From contig JBBDYC010000010.1 of NCBI GenBank assembly GCA_040901985.1, positions 1 through 47,070 of the forward strand: DNA of 47,070 nucleotides, written 5' to 3'. Positions 18,346 to 28,507 of the stretch are shown one piece after another (positions within the stretch are counted from its first letter, which is position 1; each line of letters opens with the position of its first letter). The notes under the pieces are model-generated. The model had not been told where the DNA came from. It searched no databases and worked only from the letters and a program-made list of their open reading frames with translations. A program made the translations under genes and the position numbers. Source of the stretch: Gemmatimonadaceae bacterium. GTDB lineage: Bacteria > Gemmatimonadota > Gemmatimonadetes > Gemmatimonadales > Gemmatimonadaceae.

Positions 18346-19029
18346 CTACGGGTCGAGGGTGATCAACATCTGCAGCATCCGCCGGATCTCGGTGGATTGG
18401 TCAACTTCTACATCCGCGGCGAACTTGAAAATTGTTTCATCCTGCCCGGCGTTAGGGGACGCCAGAAGCGACTGCACCATCTGTACGGCGCCGCGGTGGT
18501 GTTGGATCATGAAGGTAAGAAAGAGCCGGTCGAACTCGCCGCCCCAGGCGGCATCGAGTTCCCGCAACTGCGCCACGGTCAGCATGCCGGGCATCTGCAT
18601 CGCGTGCCCGCCGTGCTCGCCGTGCCCGCCGTGCTCGCCGCCCGCCACCGTCACCGTGCCCGCCGAGTCCACCTGCGGCGCCGGCTGGTTCCTGTCGCGC
18701 AGCCACGTCTGCATCAGCACGATGTCGTCGGTCTGGGCGTTGATGATCCGGGCCGTGAGCCGCAGGAGTTCCTGGCTGGCGCCGCGTATCGGGGCAAGGC
18801 GCGACATCACGAGCGCCTGCGCGTGATGGTGGATCATCCCCTGCATGAACTCGATGTCTGCCCTGGTATACGGGTAGCGGATGCTGTCGGCGCGCGCCCG
18901 GACGATGGCCGCCGCATCCCCCATCTCGGGCGTGGAGCCCTGCGCACTCGCCGCGCGGGAGGCACAGGCTGCGAGCGGCGCCACCAGGACCGCGACGAGT
19001 AGGGCGGTGCGAATGCGGGGTATCAACAT
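18346..19029 (-). CDS. DUF305 (ferritin-like, CopM-related) exported protein
   Basis: Lipobox-like LAAC; ADIEFMQGMIHHHAQA and FLTFMIQHHRGAVQM repeats; His-rich linker GEHGGHGEHGGH (18-bp tandem repeat 18604-18639). Confidence 0.88.
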   Translation of the reverse strand: MLIPRIRTALLVAVLVAPLAACASRAASAQGSTPEMGDAAAIVRARADSIRYPYTRADIEFMQGMIHHHAQALVMSRLAPIRGASQELLRLTARIINAQTDDIVLMQTWLRDRNQPAPQVDSAGTVTVAGGEHGGHGEHGGHAMQMPGMLTVAQLRELDAAWGGEFDRLFLTFMIQHHRGAVQMVQSLLASPNAGQDETIFKFAADVEVDQSTEIRRMLQMLITLDP

Positions 19030-19184
19030 CGTGGAAAGATAGTACCGCGGGGCGCGGTACGGGGTCCCGCGCCGCACGGACCCGTGCTGCACGGTCGGCT
19101 CCTTGCGCACTCGGCCGCGGGAGGCGGAGTTAGTGCTTCTCGGCGCGGCCGATCGGCCGGCGCCACGCCCCCACCGGAGGAGCC

Positions 19185-19982
19185 GTGGCCAAGAAGCGGG
19201 ATCGCCTCAAGCGCAAGGTCTACGAGCAGAAGCTCGCCGAGTTGCACTTCGAGCTGGTCAAGTTGCAGTACTGGATTAAGGAGAAGGGCGAGCGGCTCGT
19301 GATCATCTTCGAGGGGCGGGACGCGGCGGGGAAGGGTGGCGCCATCAAGTGCATCACCGCGCCGCTGAACCCGCGCGGCAGCCGCATCGTCGCACTGGGC
19401 ACGCCCAACGAGCGGGAGCGGACGCAATGGTATTTCCAGCGGTACGTCGCGCACCTCCCCGCCGCCGGCGAGATCGTCCTCTTCGACCGCAGCTGGTACA
19501 ATCGGGCGGGCGTCGAGCACGTGATGGGCTTCTGCTCCGATGACGAGTACCACGAGTTCCTGCGGAGCTGCCCGGAGTTTGAACGGATGCTGGTGCGGTC
19601 GGGGATCACGGTGCTGAAGTACTGGTTCTCGGTCAGCGATGACGAGCAGGAGCGGCGGTTCGAGGATCGGGCCGGGGACCCGGCGCGGCGGTGGAAGCTG
19701 AGTCCGATGGACCTCGAGTCCATGCCGAAATGGGAGGAGTACTCCAAGGCGAAGGACGAGATGTTCAAGCACACCGACATCGAGCACGCGCCGTGGTGGA
19801 CCGTCGAGGCCGACGACAAGCGCCGCGCGCGCCTCAACTGCATCGCGCACATCCTGAACGCGGTCCCGTATCGCGACCTGATCCCGCCCCCGCTCGAGCT
19901 GCCGAAGCGCAAGCGTCGGAAGGGGAGCTACCGGCGCCCGCCCAAGTCGCACCAGAAGCACGTGCCCGACGTGGACCTCTGA
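19185..19982 (+). CDS. ppk2: Polyphosphate kinase 2
   Basis: FEGRDAAGKGG Walker A, WYFQRY, FDRSWYNRAGVE, WKLSPMD; RBS GGAGGAG before GTG. Confidence 0.96.
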   Translation: MAKKRDRLKRKVYEQKLAELHFELVKLQYWIKEKGERLVIIFEGRDAAGKGGAIKCITAPLNPRGSRIVALGTPNERERTQWYFQRYVAHLPAAGEIVLFDRSWYNRAGVEHVMGFCSDDEYHEFLRSCPEFERMLVRSGITVLKYWFSVSDDEQERRFEDRAGDPARRWKLSPMDLESMPKWEEYSKAKDEMFKHTDIEHAPWWTVEADDKRRARLNCIAHILNAVPYRDLIPPPLELPKRKRRKGSYRRPPKSHQKHVPDVDL

Positions 19983-20047
19983 TCGGCTTTCGACGCCGCG
20001 CGGCCCGGGCTACCTTGACCGAGTCCCTCCATCAGCGAGAGAGATTG

Positions 20048-20938
20048 ATGAGAGTCGCCACCCTCCTTGCCGTCACGTTCGCGCTTGCGTCCCTTGTGCC
20101 ACACGTCGGCGTCGCGCAACAGCCGGGTGCCGCGCCGCAGGGCCAGCAGCGCGCCCCCAACCCCCGCGCCGATAGCCTGCGCCAGGCCCAGCGCCTCGAC
20201 GCCGAAGGCGACCACGCGGCGGCTCGCGCGCTCTTCCAGACGCTGATTGACAACGCGCCGACGCCCGCTGCCAGGGCGCAGGCCCAGCGCCGGCTGGCGC
20301 TCTCCCACGCCTACGACGGCAACTGCGCCCGGACGATCGAACTCGAGGAACAGGTCATCGCCTACTGGGTGACCCGCCGCGCCGAGGAGCCACAGAACGC
20401 GCACTATCAGGAAGGCGAGATGGCCAACGAGGCGGCGCGGATCTGCCTTGACGCCGGATCCCTCGACGAGGCCGAGCGGATGTATCGCCGCGGCAGCGAC
20501 CTCGGCAACGCCGAGCCCGAGCCGCGCACGCATCCCCGGAGTCTCTGGGATTTTCGCCTTGCCCACGCGCTGGCCCGCATCGCGGCGCGCCGCGGCAACG
20601 CGGTCGAGGCCCAACGCTGGATCGTCGAGGCGCGCCGGGCGCTCGACAGCGACTCGGCGATGGCCGCCGACCAGCGGCAGTACCTTCCGTACCTCATCGG
20701 TTACGTGGCGCTCTACACGAACGACCTGGCGACGGCCGAGCGCGAGTTGACCGTCGCGATGGGCTTGATGCGCAATGACCCGTTCCAGGTCGTCCTGCTC
20801 GGGATGACGTACGAGAGGATGGGGAACCAGGCCAAGGCCACCGAGCTCTTCGAGCGCGCGTACATGATGTCCACCGGGAGCAATCCGCCCAACGTGTACT
20901 CGCGACGGTTCACTCGAGAGAAGATGGGGCGGCGCTGA
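20048..20938 (+). CDS. Secreted tetratricopeptide-repeat protein
   Basis: Signal peptide GVA-Q; helical TPR-like pairs (YLIGYVALY..., LLGMTYERMGNQAKA). Confidence 0.75.
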   Translation: MRVATLLAVTFALASLVPHVGVAQQPGAAPQGQQRAPNPRADSLRQAQRLDAEGDHAAARALFQTLIDNAPTPAARAQAQRRLALSHAYDGNCARTIELEEQVIAYWVTRRAEEPQNAHYQEGEMANEAARICLDAGSLDEAERMYRRGSDLGNAEPEPRTHPRSLWDFRLAHALARIAARRGNAVEAQRWIVEARRALDSDSAMAADQRQYLPYLIGYVALYTNDLATAERELTVAMGLMRNDPFQVVLLGMTYERMGNQAKATELFERAYMMSTGSNPPNVYSRRFTREKMGRR

Positions 20939-22856
20939 AGGAGTCCGACTGTTCCTCCACCTGCCGGCGCACCATCTCGGCGTAGCCGGCGCCGGCGCGC
21001 ATCAGCCCCTCGTGCGTGCCCCGCTCGACGATCCGCCCTTCCTCCATCACGAGGATCAGGTCGGCGCGGCGGATCGTCGAGAGCCGATGCGCGATGACGA
21101 ACGTGGTGCGGTCCTTGAGCAACGCGGCGATTGACTGCTGGATCAGTTGCTCGCTCTCGGTGTCGAGGTTGCTCGTCGCCTCGTCGAGGATGAGGATCCG
21201 CGGGTCGGCGAGGATCGCGCGGGCGATCGCCAGCCGCTGTTGCTGGCCGCCGGAGAGCTTCACGCCGCGCTCGCCGATTGACGTCTCGTAGCCGCCGGGC
21301 AGGCGTGCGATGAACTCGTGCGCGTTGGCCCGGCGGGCCGCGTCCTCCACCTCGGCGTCCGTCGCATCCTGCCGGCCGTAGGCGATGTTGTCGCGCACCG
21401 AGCCGTCGAACAGGAAGACCTCTTGCTGCACAATGGCCAGCAGGCCGCGATAGCTCCTCAGCGTCAGGTCGCGGAGGTCCACGCCGTTGAGGAGGATCCG
21501 TCCCTTCGTCGGATCGTGGAAGCGCGCCACGAGGTCGGTGACCGTGGTCTTCCCGGCGCCGCTCCGTCCGACGAGCGCGACCACGGTCCCGCCCGGCACT
21601 GACACGTGGAAGTCGCGGACCACTGGCCGTCCCGCCCGGTATTCGAACTCCACGCCGTCAAAGGTGAGTTCGCGCACCTCCGGCGGCGCGGGGCGCGCGC
21701 CCGGACGGTCGGGCTTGTCGTTTTCCATCGCCAGCACCTCGAAGACCCGCTCCGTCGCGGCGAGCGAGCGCTGCAGCTCGGAGAACGAGTTGACGATGTT
21801 CCAGACCGGGTTGAGCAGGAGGAACGTATACCATTGGAACGCCATGATGTCGCCGACCGACGCGCGCCCGGTGACGCTCAGGTAGCCGCCGTACCAGACG
21901 ATGATCACGTTCACGCCGGAGATCAGCAGCCCCCACGACGACCAGAGCACCATCTCGCGCCGGCGCGCGAAGAGCTCCTTGCGCATCACCGTATGGCGGC
22001 CACGCAGGTACTCGAGCAGTTCCAGCGATTCGCGGACGAAGCCGCGCACGACGCGGATTCCCGAGAACGTCTCGCCGGTGCGGCCGTCAATCGCCTCGAC
22101 GTCCTTCCGCACCGACCGGTAGATCGGCCGGATGCGGCGCGCCGAGGCGAAGCTGAGCAGCATCGCGCCGGGAATGACCGCCAGCGCCGCGATTGCCAGC
22201 CGCCAGTTGATCGTGAGCAGGATGCCGACCGCGATGACGAGCCGGATGACCGAGATCGCCGGCGAGACGATTGCCATCTGCAGCAGGCCGGTGGTCGTGT
22301 CCACGTCGCCCGAGAGGCGCGAGAGGATCCCGCCCGTCTTCATCTCCCAGAGTCGCGGCAGCGGCAGGCGCAGGAAGCGCGAGAAGAGCGCGCGGCGCAG
22401 CGAGAGCATCACCCGCGCATCGAGCAGTTTCTGGCGATACTCCTTCGCCATTCCCAGCAGCGCCGATACGAGGACGACGGCGAGGAAGGTCCCGCCGACG
22501 AGGTGGAGGCGGGACATCCGCGTGGTCAGCTCCTCCCCCGGCGCCAGCAACACGCGGTCAATGATGTACCGCATGAAGAGGGGCTCGAGCATGTCGAGCG
22601 CGGCGACGAAGAGCGCGAGCAGGAAGACGAGCGCGACCGATCCCTTGTGGGGGGCGAGCCAGCGCAGGTAGTCCTTGAGGTAGTCGCGACGGGCCCCCGG
22701 TCGGCGCCAGAAGGCCCAGCGCGGCGCGCTCGGCGGCGCCGCGGCGGCGTCCGGCGGCTCGGCGCTCGCCGTGGCGTCGGTGAGGTCAATCCGCCCGGCG
22801 CGGAAATCCCCGACGAACGTCTCGTAGCGCCTGCGCGACGAACGGGGCCGCGTCAT
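20910..22856 (-). CDS. ABC exporter, fused permease/ATPase (MdlB/MsbA-like)
   Basis: TM domain plus [32 protein letters not shown]. Confidence 0.93.
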   Translation of the reverse strand: MTRPRSSRRRYETFVGDFRAGRIDLTDATASAEPPDAAAAPPSAPRWAFWRRPGARRDYLKDYLRWLAPHKGSVALVFLLALFVAALDMLEPLFMRYIIDRVLLAPGEELTTRMSRLHLVGGTFLAVVLVSALLGMAKEYRQKLLDARVMLSLRRALFSRFLRLPLPRLWEMKTGGILSRLSGDVDTTTGLLQMAIVSPAISVIRLVIAVGILLTINWRLAIAALAVIPGAMLLSFASARRIRPIYRSVRKDVEAIDGRTGETFSGIRVVRGFVRESLELLEYLRGRHTVMRKELFARRREMVLWSSWGLLISGVNVIIVWYGGYLSVTGRASVGDIMAFQWYTFLLLNPVWNIVNSFSELQRSLAATERVFEVLAMENDKPDRPGARPAPPEVRELTFDGVEFEYRAGRPVVRDFHVSVPGGTVVALVGRSGAGKTTVTDLVARFHDPTKGRILLNGVDLRDLTLRSYRGLLAIVQQEVFLFDGSVRDNIAYGRQDATDAEVEDAARRANAHEFIARLPGGYETSIGERGVKLSGGQQQRLAIARAILADPRILILDEATSNLDTESEQLIQQSIAALLKDRTTFVIAHRLSTIRRADLILVMEEGRIVERGTHEGLMRAGAGYAEMVRRQVEEQSDSFSAAPSSLE

Positions 22857-22860
22857 CGCG

Positions 22861-23019
22861 TCAGGTCACATACCGCGCGATGGCCATCCCGATCACGCTC
22901 AGGCCGAGCATCCCGTTCGCCGCGTCCATCGCGCCGTACTTGCCGCGCATCGCCCGCGGACGGGCGACGAACACGCCGACAATGTGCAGCAGGCGAAGGA
23001 CGAGGATTTCGTGGGGCAT
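22861..23019 (-). pseudogene. 52-aa small ORF; internally deleted membrane-protein remnant or mini-protein
   Basis: Own translation MPHEILVLRLLHIVGVFVARPRAMRGKYGAMDAANGMLGLSVIGMAIARYVT*; GC3-rich codons; stop 4 bp before the ABC start; below the ORF-track cutoff. Confidence 0.55.
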
Positions 23020-23107
23020 GGGCGACAAATGACGGGCTGGTGCCGTCCGCGGGGGCGCGACCCGAATCTACCGCGAAGGCGCCTCGCGGCAACGCGCATC
23101 GGCGGCC

Positions 23108-24343
23108 TCACGACTCCGGCTCCACGCGCGCGCTGATCAGCGTGACCGCGCCCAGTTGGCCGGTCACGTTCAGGAGGGTCTTGAACACGTCGGGAATGAG
23201 ATCGAGCGCGATCAGCACGCCAATCGCCTCCGGCGGGATCCCGACGCTCGCGAAAAAAGGTGCCACCACGAACAGGCTGGCACTCGGGATTCCCGGCACG
23301 CTGAAGCTCATCAGCACCGACGTCACGGCGAGGGTGAGCACTGCCGCCATCCCGAGTTCGACGCCGTAGAGCTTCGCGGCGAAGAGCGCCATCACCACCC
23401 AACTCACCGCCTGGTTGAGCCGGAAGGTCGAGACGGCCAACGGAATCGCAAAACTCGTCACGGCGCGCGGGAGGTGGAGGGTCTCCTCGGCGCTCGTGAC
23501 CATCACCGGGAGCGCTGCCATCGAGGAGCGCGTGGTGACCGCGACCAGTTGTGCGGGGAGTGCGGCGCGGGCGAACAGCGCAAGCGGCACGCGGGCGAAC
23601 AGCGCAATCGCGACATACACGAGGAGCGTCGCGACCAGCAGCATCGCGGCGTACGACACGATGTAGAAGCCCACCGCGCCGACGATCGCCGTCCCAAGGC
23701 GGGCGGCGACCGTGAAGGCGAGCGCGAAGACGCCATACGGCGCGGCGGCGAGGATCCACCCGACGATCACCGTCATCGCCTCGGCGACGCCGCGGAAGAA
23801 CCCGACGACCGACTCGCGGCGCGCGGCCTCGACGCGCCCGAGGGCAAGCCCGAAGGCCAGCGTGGCCACGACGAGCGACAGCATCGCGCCGTCCACTGCC
23901 GCCTTGATCGGGTTGGCAGGGACGATGCCGACCAACCAGCTCGTGAACGACGGCATCGTGGGGAGCGTCGTGGCGGCGTCCACGCCTCCGCGGACCGCCG
24001 CGGCGGCGCTGGCATCAATCGTCAGGAGGGCGAAGACCGGCGGGGCGGCGAGCGCCGTGAGCGCGGCGATCACGGCGAGCAGGAGCAAAAAGACGACGAA
24101 CGAGCGGGTGCCGAGCCGGCCCATCGCCCGCGCGCTGGTGTCGGAGACGGCGACCACCAGCGAGGCGACGATCAGCGGGATCACCGTCATCCGGATCGCG
24201 TTGACCCAGAGCAGCCCGACGGGCTCGACCCAGCCGACGAGGGCGGGCTCCTTGGCACCCGGCGACGACACGAGGATGCCGAGCGTGCCTCCGAGGACGA
24301 GCGCGCCAAGACTCTGCAGAGCGGCCCGGTGGGAGGCGGTCAT
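23108..24343 (-). CDS. Dicarboxylate/amino acid:cation symporter (DAACS/GltP family)
   Basis: WVNAIRMTVIPLI, IVPANPI, TTRSSMAALP, GIPPEAIGVLIALDLIPDVFKTLLNVTG. Confidence 0.92.
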   Translation of the reverse strand: MTASHRAALQSLGALVLGGTLGILVSSPGAKEPALVGWVEPVGLLWVNAIRMTVIPLIVASLVVAVSDTSARAMGRLGTRSFVVFLLLLAVIAALTALAAPPVFALLTIDASAAAAVRGGVDAATTLPTMPSFTSWLVGIVPANPIKAAVDGAMLSLVVATLAFGLALGRVEAARRESVVGFFRGVAEAMTVIVGWILAAAPYGVFALAFTVAARLGTAIVGAVGFYIVSYAAMLLVATLLVYVAIALFARVPLALFARAALPAQLVAVTTRSSMAALPVMVTSAEETLHLPRAVTSFAIPLAVSTFRLNQAVSWVVMALFAAKLYGVELGMAAVLTLAVTSVLMSFSVPGIPSASLFVVAPFFASVGIPPEAIGVLIALDLIPDVFKTLLNVTGQLGAVTLISARVEPES

Positions 24344-24407
24344 CCGGGGAGTTTGGCCCCGCGGCGGGCGTTCAGCCAGTCGGCTTGGCCGTGGCAGCGT
24401 ACCCGTG

Positions 24408-24440
24408 CCGTGACACGACCGTCACGAGGTTGTTACAATT
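24408..24440 (+). promoter_or_regulatory. Pho box (three direct repeats with 11-bp period)
   Basis: CCGTGAC-acga-CCGTCAC-gagg-TTGTTAC-aatt, resembling CTGTCAT repeats; about 95 bp upstream of the porin-pst operon. Confidence 0.75.
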
Positions 24441-24533
24441 GCCCGTGACCCTTCACGGCTGGGAGCGCGTCCCCTGTCCACCGCCGACGGGAGCCACGCG
24501 AGCGAACCATCCACCCGGCGGCTGGGCAACTCG

Positions 24534-25592
24534 ATGCGTTACACCGGATTGCTCGGACGCGTACTCCCTCTCGCGCTCGCGTCCTTCCTCGGCGCTCCCA
24601 GTGCCGCTGCCGCGCAGACCACCGTGGATGGCGTGATCTTCGCGAGCTACCGCTACGGGCTGCAAAAGGACACGACGTACTCGCCCCCCGCCGCCCAGAG
24701 CAACTTCGAGGTTGACCGCGCGTACCTGAACGTCCGCAGCCGGATGGATGGGGGCGTGACGACGCGGTTGACCATTGACGTGGACGGCCGGGAGGCCGCC
24801 GCCAACCAACTCACGTTCCGCCTCAAGTACGCCTACGTCGCCTGGACGCCCGAGGCGAGCGCGCTGACCTACCGATTCGGCATGCAGCCGACGCCGCAGG
24901 TGGGCTGGGAGGATGACCTCTGGGGCTACCGGTTCCAGGGGCCCAATCCGCTCGACCGCGCGAAGTACCTCTCGTCGTCCGACATCGGTGCCGCTGTCGA
25001 GGGGTCCTGGGGCGCGCAGCGGGTGAATCTCGAGGCGGGCGTCTACAACGGGGAGACCTACTCGGGCGCGCCGGGCGACAACCGCAAGGACTTCGCGGCC
25101 CGCCTGTCGGTCCGCGTCCTCGAGACAGCCAACACGAGTCGGACTGGAGGGCTGCGCCTCACCGGGTTCGCGCTCGTCGGCCAGGCCACGGGCGGCACAG
25201 CCCGCACGCGGACCGTCGGCATGGTCTCGTATCAGACCACGTCGCTCCTCCTCGGTGCGCAGGTCGCGCTGACACAGGACTCGACCGACGCCTCTGCCAG
25301 GACCAAGGGTCGGATGATGAGTCTCTTCGGCACCCTCGAGATCCCCGATGGACCCTTCGGCCTGATGGGCCGGCTGGACCGCTGGGATCCGGACACCGAC
25401 CTGAACCCGGCGGCCGGAACGCCGGCGGCCAGCGAGCAGACACGCGTCATCGGCGGGATTTCGTACCGGTTGGCGCGGAACGTCAAGCTCCTCCTCGACG
25501 GCGACGTGGTCCTCCTGCAGAACGACCCGGGGAACAACGCGTTCCAGGCCGCGAACCGCTCGATCTACGTGCACGCCGAGATCAAGTACTGA
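24534..25592 (+). CDS. Outer-membrane porin, putative phosphate-selective (OprO/P-like)
   Basis: Signal peptide AAA-Q; FEVDRAYLNV, FRLKYAYVAW, GVYNGE, KDFAARLSVR; amphipathic strands; terminal Tyr; first gene of the pst operon. Confidence 0.8.
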   Translation: MRYTGLLGRVLPLALASFLGAPSAAAAQTTVDGVIFASYRYGLQKDTTYSPPAAQSNFEVDRAYLNVRSRMDGGVTTRLTIDVDGREAAANQLTFRLKYAYVAWTPEASALTYRFGMQPTPQVGWEDDLWGYRFQGPNPLDRAKYLSSSDIGAAVEGSWGAQRVNLEAGVYNGETYSGAPGDNRKDFAARLSVRVLETANTSRTGGLRLTGFALVGQATGGTARTRTVGMVSYQTTSLLLGAQVALTQDSTDASARTKGRMMSLFGTLEIPDGPFGLMGRLDRWDPDTDLNPAAGTPAASEQTRVIGGISYRLARNVKLLLDGDVVLLQNDPGNNAFQAANRSIYVHAEIKY

Positions 25593-25624
25593 TGTCCACC
25601 ACTCACGACCAATCGGAGCAGGCT

Positions 25625-26707
25625 ATGCCCCCGTCCACGACTCATCCAGCCGTTCGGTCGCGCCTGCGCGGCCTGGCCCTCGTCGCCTCAGTCGCCGCGC
25701 TCGGAGCGCTGGCGTGCGGCGCCGAAGGGACCGTCGCGCTTACCGGCGCGGGCGCGACCTTCCCGTATCCCGTCTACTCCAAGTGGTTCGACGCCTACTA
25801 CCGGGCCACCGGGAACCAGGTGAACTACCAGTCGCTGGGGTCGGGCGCCGGCGTGAAGCAGTTCACCGAGCGCACGGTGGACTTCGGCGCGACCGACGGC
25901 CCGATGACCGACGCAGAACTCGCTGCCGTCAACGGCGAGGTGTTCCACATCCCGACGGTGCTCGGCGCCGACGTGGTGACCTGGAACCTGCCGTCGCTCG
26001 GCAACACGCAACTGCGCTTCGATGGGCCGCTGCTGGCCGACATCTTCCTTGGCAAGGTCACGAAGTGGAACCACCCGCGGATCGTCGCGCTCAATCCGGG
26101 CGTCGCGCTTCCCGACCGCGACCTGATGGTCGTGCACCGCTCCGACGGGTCGGGCACGACCTACATCTGGACCGACTATCTGAGCACCGTGTCCAGCGAG
26201 TGGCTCACCAGGGTCGGCCGCGGGAAGTCCGTGAACTGGCCGGTGGGCCTGGGCGGGAAGGGAAACGAGGGCGTCACGCAGCAGGTGAAGCAGCTCGAAG
26301 GGACGCTCGGCTACGTCGAGCTCATCTACGCGATGGCCAATGGCCTTCCCTACGCGGCGATCAGGAACAAGAGCGGCAACTTCGTCGCCCCGACGCTCGA
26401 GAGCGTGAGCGCCGCCGCCGCCGGCGTCTCGTTGCCGCCGGACACCGACTTCCGTGTGTCCATCGTGGATGCGGACGGCCCGACGGCCTACCCGGTCGCG
26501 TCCTTCACCTGGTTGCTGATCTATCCTGACCTGGCGGACGTGAAGAAGGCGCGCGCGATCCAGGCGTTCCTCGAGTGGATGACGACGCCGGAGGCGGCGG
26601 CGATGGCGGCCGAGCTCCACTACGCACCGCTCCCCGCCTCGGTGGCCGATCTCGTCAGGGCGCGCGTCGCCACGCTGCGGTCCGGCGGCGAGGTCCTCGA
26701 CCAGTGA
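25625..26707 (+). CDS. pstS: Phosphate ABC transporter substrate-binding lipoprotein
   Basis: GAGATFPYP, NYQSLGSGAG, DFGATD, HRSDGSGTT, GGKGNEGV; lipobox ALAC; alternative start 25592. Confidence 0.96.
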   Translation: MPPSTTHPAVRSRLRGLALVASVAALGALACGAEGTVALTGAGATFPYPVYSKWFDAYYRATGNQVNYQSLGSGAGVKQFTERTVDFGATDGPMTDAELAAVNGEVFHIPTVLGADVVTWNLPSLGNTQLRFDGPLLADIFLGKVTKWNHPRIVALNPGVALPDRDLMVVHRSDGSGTTYIWTDYLSTVSSEWLTRVGRGKSVNWPVGLGGKGNEGVTQQVKQLEGTLGYVELIYAMANGLPYAAIRNKSGNFVAPTLESVSAAAAGVSLPPDTDFRVSIVDADGPTAYPVASFTWLLIYPDLADVKKARAIQAFLEWMTTPEAAAMAAELHYAPLPASVADLVRARVATLRSGGEVLDQ

Positions 26708-26726
26708 CCCTCCGGCCTTCCAGCGG

Positions 26727-27665
26727 ATGACGGACGAGTCGCTCGCCCGCAGCTCCCGGGGCGACACGATCTTCAAGTGGTCGCTGATGGCGGCCGCCTG
26801 TACGATCCCGGCCCTGCTCCTCGCGCTCCTCTATGAGCTGACGCAGGGGGCCTGGCCAGCGGCGCGCGCATTCGGCACGGAGTTTCTGTTCTCGAGCACG
26901 TGGGATCCCGTCGCCGGCGTCTTCGGCGCCTGGCCTGCGATCGTCGGCACCCTGCTCACGTCGTTCCTCGCACTCGCGATGGCGGTGCCGCTCGCGCTCG
27001 GCGTGGCGATCTACCTGACGGAGTTCGCGCCGGTCCCGATCCGACGGCCCATCGCCACCGTCATCGAACTGCTCGCGGCAATCCCGAGCGTCGTCTACGG
27101 GTTGTGGGGGATCTTCGTCCTGATCCCGTTCCTGCAGACGTCGGTCTTCCCGTTCCTGCAGCAGCACCTGGGGTTCCTGCCGTTCTTCAGCGGCCCCATC
27201 TACGGGCCCTCGGTGCTGGCGGCGGCGCTGATCCTGACCATCATGATCGTGCCGTTCATCATGTCGGTCTCGCGCGAGGTGCTGTTGGCCGTGCCGAGCG
27301 CGCAACGCGAGGCAGCGGTCGCACTCGGCGCCACGCGCTGGGAAGCCGTGAGCACGGCAATCGTCCCCTTTGCGAAGTCGGGGCTGATCGGCGCGGTGAT
27401 CCTCGGGCTCGGGCGCGCGCTCGGGGAGACGATGGCGGTCACGATGGTGATCGGGAACCGGCACGACGTGTCGGCGTCGCTGTTTGCGCCCGGGTACTCG
27501 CTGGCGGCGGTGATCGCCAACGAGTTCGCCGACGCCGCCGGCGGTCCGATCCACGAGTCGGCGCTCATCTATATGGCGCTCCTGCTGTTCGGCGTGACGG
27601 TGCTCGTGAACGCGGTGGCGCGACTGCTCATCTGGCGCGTCTCGCGCGGGCGGGGTGGCGTATGA
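26727..27665 (+). CDS. pstC: Phosphate ABC transporter permease PstC
   Basis: [38 protein letters not shown]. Confidence 0.96.
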   Translation: MTDESLARSSRGDTIFKWSLMAAACTIPALLLALLYELTQGAWPAARAFGTEFLFSSTWDPVAGVFGAWPAIVGTLLTSFLALAMAVPLALGVAIYLTEFAPVPIRRPIATVIELLAAIPSVVYGLWGIFVLIPFLQTSVFPFLQQHLGFLPFFSGPIYGPSVLAAALILTIMIVPFIMSVSREVLLAVPSAQREAAVALGATRWEAVSTAIVPFAKSGLIGAVILGLGRALGETMAVTMVIGNRHDVSASLFAPGYSLAAVIANEFADAAGGPIHESALIYMALLLFGVTVLVNAVARLLIWRVSRGRGGV

Positions 27666-28507
27666 TCCCGGCGCGCGCGCTCCGCCGCGGCAAGTCGCGG
27701 CTGATGGTGGTGCTGATGGCGATCGCCGTGGTCGTCGCGGTGCTGCCGCTGTTCCTGATCCTCGGATCGCTCATCGTGCGGGGCGCATCGTCGCTCTCGC
27801 TGTCGTTCTTCCTGAGCCGCCCGGCACCGGCGGGCGAGGTCGGCGGCGGCGTCGCCCACGCCATCTCCGGCACGCTGATGATCGTCGGGATGGCGGCGGC
27901 GGCGGGGATCCCGATCGGCGTCGCGGCGGGACTCTATGCGAGCGAGTTCCGCGAGACGCGGCTGGCGACCATCACGCGCTTCGTCGCCGACGTGCTCAAC
28001 GGCACGCCGTCCATCGTCGTCGGGATCCTGGCCTGGACCTGGGTGGTCGCCACGCAGCGACACTTCTCGGCGCTCGCCGGATCGTTCGCGCTCGCCGTCC
28101 TGATGGTGCCGATGGTGATGCGGACCACCGAGGAGCTGGTGCGCCTGGTGCCGGATTCGCTCCGCGAGGCCGCGCTCGCGCTCGGCTATACACGCTGGCG
28201 CACGACCCTGGTGGTGGTGCTCCGGACCGCACTCCCGGGGATCGTGACCGGGTCGCTGCTCGCCGTGGCGCGGATTGCCGGCGAGACCGCGCCACTCCTG
28301 TTCACCGCGCTCGGGTCGGAGTACTTCTCGTTCGACCCAGACCGGCCGATGGCCGCCCTCCCGCTCGTCGTCTACAAGTATGCGACGGGCCCGTACCCGG
28401 AGTGGCACAAGCTCGCCTGGACCGCGTCGCTCGTCCTCATCCTGGTGGTGCTCGCGCTGAGCATTGCCGCGCGGATCGCCACCCGTCAGCGGTTCGAGCG
28501 CTCGTGA
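27662..28507 (+). CDS. pstA: Phosphate ABC transporter permease PstA
   Basis: ATGA overlap; [29 protein letters not shown]. Confidence 0.95.
   Translation: MIPARALRRGKSRLMVVLMAIAVVVAVLPLFLILGSLIVRGASSLSLSFFLSRPAPAGEVGGGVAHAISGTLMIVGMAAAAGIPIGVAAGLYASEFRETRLATITRFVADVLNGTPSIVVGILAWTWVVATQRHFSALAGSFALAVLMVPMVMRTTEELVRLVPDSLREAALALGYTRWRTTLVVVLRTALPGIVTGSLLAVARIAGETAPLLFTALGSEYFSFDPDRPMAALPLVVYKYATGPYPEWHKLAWTASLVLILVVLALSIAARIATRQRFERS

Noticed and set aside
22853..23092. 79-aa minus-strand ORF from the track
   Set aside because: Low-complexity Arg/Pro sequence; the overlapping 52-aa frame (23019-22861) is far more protein-like.
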